A DNA stretch of 63,710 bases, counting the filler, from Octopus bimaculoides (taxonomy: Eukaryota): the NCBI RefSeq assembly GCF_001194135.2. It is 4 parts of 4 records of this genome, joined end to end, with 100 filler letters (N's around TTAATTAATTAA, not from the genome) between each part and the next. Parts side by side here need not be neighbours in the genome. Positions count along the whole stretch, not along the records: positions 58,746 to 63,710 come from NC_068987.1; 3 more parts are not named here. One strand, written 5' to 3'. The stretch's first letter is position 1. Each line of letters starts with the position of its first letter. The notes below the pieces were generated by a model that ran no database searches, was not told the origin of the DNA, and saw only the letters and a list, made by a program, of their open reading frames with translations. Below are positions 61,521 through 63,710 of the stretch, piece after piece. Position numbers and translations under genes: made by a program.

Positions 61521-63311
61521 TTTTTTCTTTTTTTTTTTCAATGTTTTAATGTTTCTGTCAGAATATTAATGAAAGAGAAGATGAGAGAAAGAACGAAATA
61601 TCCCATTTTCCTTCCCATGAGGTATAGGACACCAATTTCCGAATACATATGTGTGTGTGTGTGTGTAAGATGCCTATTTAAATTAATATATGAGAGTCGA
61701 TGTCGTAGCCAAGAGGAAACTCATGAAAGACGTAGCACACACCCTATGACCTATGGCTGTGTTTATAAGTTTTGGCGACTTAACAGCAGTTGAGACTTAA
61801 CATCTGTGTCAGGGTTTGTGTTGGCATCCAGAAGTGTATGGTGTGTGTGTGTGTGTGCACGCGTGTTCGTGTGTACGATCGTGTATGTGCGTGCGTGGGT
61901 GAGTGTGTGTGAGTGTGTGTGCGTGTACGGATGTGCACTTACGGGCGTATATGTAGTATGTGTACGGATGTGTATGTACGAATGCGTGCGTATGCGTGCT
62001 TGTCTTTACGTGTATAGGTATGTTTTGGTGCTTGTGTGTCGAAAACGTGCGCTAGTGCATGCACATGTGTGTGTCTGTATGTATGTACGTATGCATGTAT
62101 GTACGTACGTACGTACGTATGTATGTATGTATATATGTATGTATGTACGTACGTTTGTGTATTTGTTGTATGTATGCGCGTTTGTGCGGTGTGCAGTCTG
62201 TAGTGATGTGGTGATATTGGTGTGTGTGTGTGTGTAAGTGTGCGTGCGTGTGTGTGCGTGTCTGTCTGTCTGTGTGGAGGGGTAGTGGCGTGTATGTAGA
62301 AATGTAGTGGTGNNNNNNNNNNNNNNNNNNNNNNNNNNNNNNNNNNNNNNNNNNNNNNNNNNNNNNNNNNNNNNNNNNNNNNNNNNNNNNNNNNNNNNNN
62401 NNNNNNNNNNNNNNNNNNNNNNNNNNNNNNNNNNNNNNNNNNNNNNNNNNNNNNNNNNNNNNNNNNNNNNNNNNNNNNNNNNNNNNNNNNNNNNNNNNNN
62501 NNNNNNNNNNNNNNNNNNNNNNNNNNNNNNNNNNNNNNNNNNNNNNNNNNNNNNNNNNNNNNNNNNNNNNNNNNNNNNNNNNNNNNNNNNNNNNNNNNNN
62601 NNNNNNNNNNNNNNNNNNNNNNNNNNNNNNNNNNNNNNNNNNNNNNNNNNNNNNNNNNNNNNNNNNNNNNNNNNNNNNNNNNNNNNNNNNNNNNNNNNNN
62701 NNNNNNNNNNNNNNNNNNNNNNNNNNNNNNNNNNNNNNNNNNNNNNNNNNNNGGAGGAGGCGGCGGAGGAGGCGGCGGCGGCTGCGGCATGCACACCATG
62801 TGTTTGTGAATGGGCGTATACGTCGAGTTGACACTCTACCTGGGTATGTTGAGAGATTATTTCAATTGGAAATAATAATAATAATAGACGATGATGATGA
62901 TGATGATGATGATGGTGATGATTTCGTTTATTTGCCGTCAAGGCGACAGATGAGGGAGACTAAAAAACAAGCGCAGACGTAATGTGTTGGAATTTACATA
63001 CAATGGCATGATAAAAGGAAATTAAAAGAAAAGTACAATAATAAAGGCGATTGACTAATATACATTGCACGATTTTATCAGAGAATGAAGGGCAGTAACT
63101 ACAATACCGTTTTAAAGAGACTCCGAGACCGATAGAAGACACGAACAAAGCAACAGTGACTCGTGACCAAAAATCTAGTGAGAATAGTTGCCACACAAAA
63201 GTATGCAGAGTCCATGCGACAGAACTACGTCCAAAGTTCAATACCACAAAACAACATTCTCCGTCTAATGTTTCACTCACAAGACCTGGCCCTCGCCCCT
63301 CTGCAATAGGT

Positions 63312-63524
63312 TCTTTTCTACTCTAGGCTCAAGGCCCGAAACTTTTGGGGAGTGGGGGAGCGTCGATTAGATCGATCCCAGTACGCAACTGGTACCTAGC
63401 TTATCGACCCCGAAAGGATGAAAGCCAAAGTCGACCTCGGCGGAATTTGAACTTAGAACGTAAAGACAAGACGAAATACAGCTAAATATATCGCCCGGCG
63501 TGCTAACGTTTCTGCCAGCTCACC
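63312..63524 (-). mobile_element. SINE family B, tail type 2
   Basis: Head and body as in the other B copies; tail CCCCAAAAGTTTCGGGCCTTGAGCCTAGAGTAGAAA. Confidence 0.88.
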
Positions 63525-63710
63525 GATTTCTTTCTCTAATAGGTTATTGGAGAATAATACATGTAGAAAAAATAAAAGAACTTAAAATACGTACATATAT
63601 TCTATATGCAATATATTTTATATGCAGGCATGGCGGAGTGGATAAGATGCTCACTTTGCAACCACGTGATTTACAATTCCAAGTGTTTTCAACTTCGGGC
63701 CCGGGCCAAC

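Noticed and set aside
62960-63290. Non-repetitive stretch with a 106-aa minus-strand ORF
   Set aside because: No recognisable domain, splice context or paralogue in the window.

Overview
Repeat-saturated animal genomic DNA, most likely from an octopod cephalopod. This is inferred from the SINE families, dense microsatellites and mollusc-type histones. Three 100-bp artificial joiners (44N-TTAATTAATTAA-44N) split the window into four scaffolds: 1-28193, 28294-54311, 54412-58645 and 58746-63710. Adjacency across those joiners is not evidence. The only host genes I can support are three partial, canonical, replication-dependent histone genes (H2A, H2B, H3), each with a 3' stem-loop, on a 4.2-kb scaffold. 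The rest is microsatellite, N gaps and decayed mobile DNA: one Gypsy element with both LTRs; RTE, R4/Dong, Tx1-like, CR1/L2 and Penelope fragments; a mariner 5' end; several MITE/foldback elements; and at least four SINE families (my labels A-D). Main observations for follow-up: (1) several hammerhead-ribozyme motifs in short Penelope-type units lodged at microsatellites, one nearly intact at 3116-3185; (2) a head-to-tail SINE dimer junction shared by two loci, one copy bounded by a single 15-bp TSD; (3) a SINE tail resembling the 3' end of the Tx1-like LINE in the window; (4) twin-priming-like 5' inversions in an RTE and a Penelope element; (5) histone stem-loops followed by a U-rich motif instead of a purine-rich HDE. 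All calls were made by eye, with no database search, so family names and exact boundaries are provisional.
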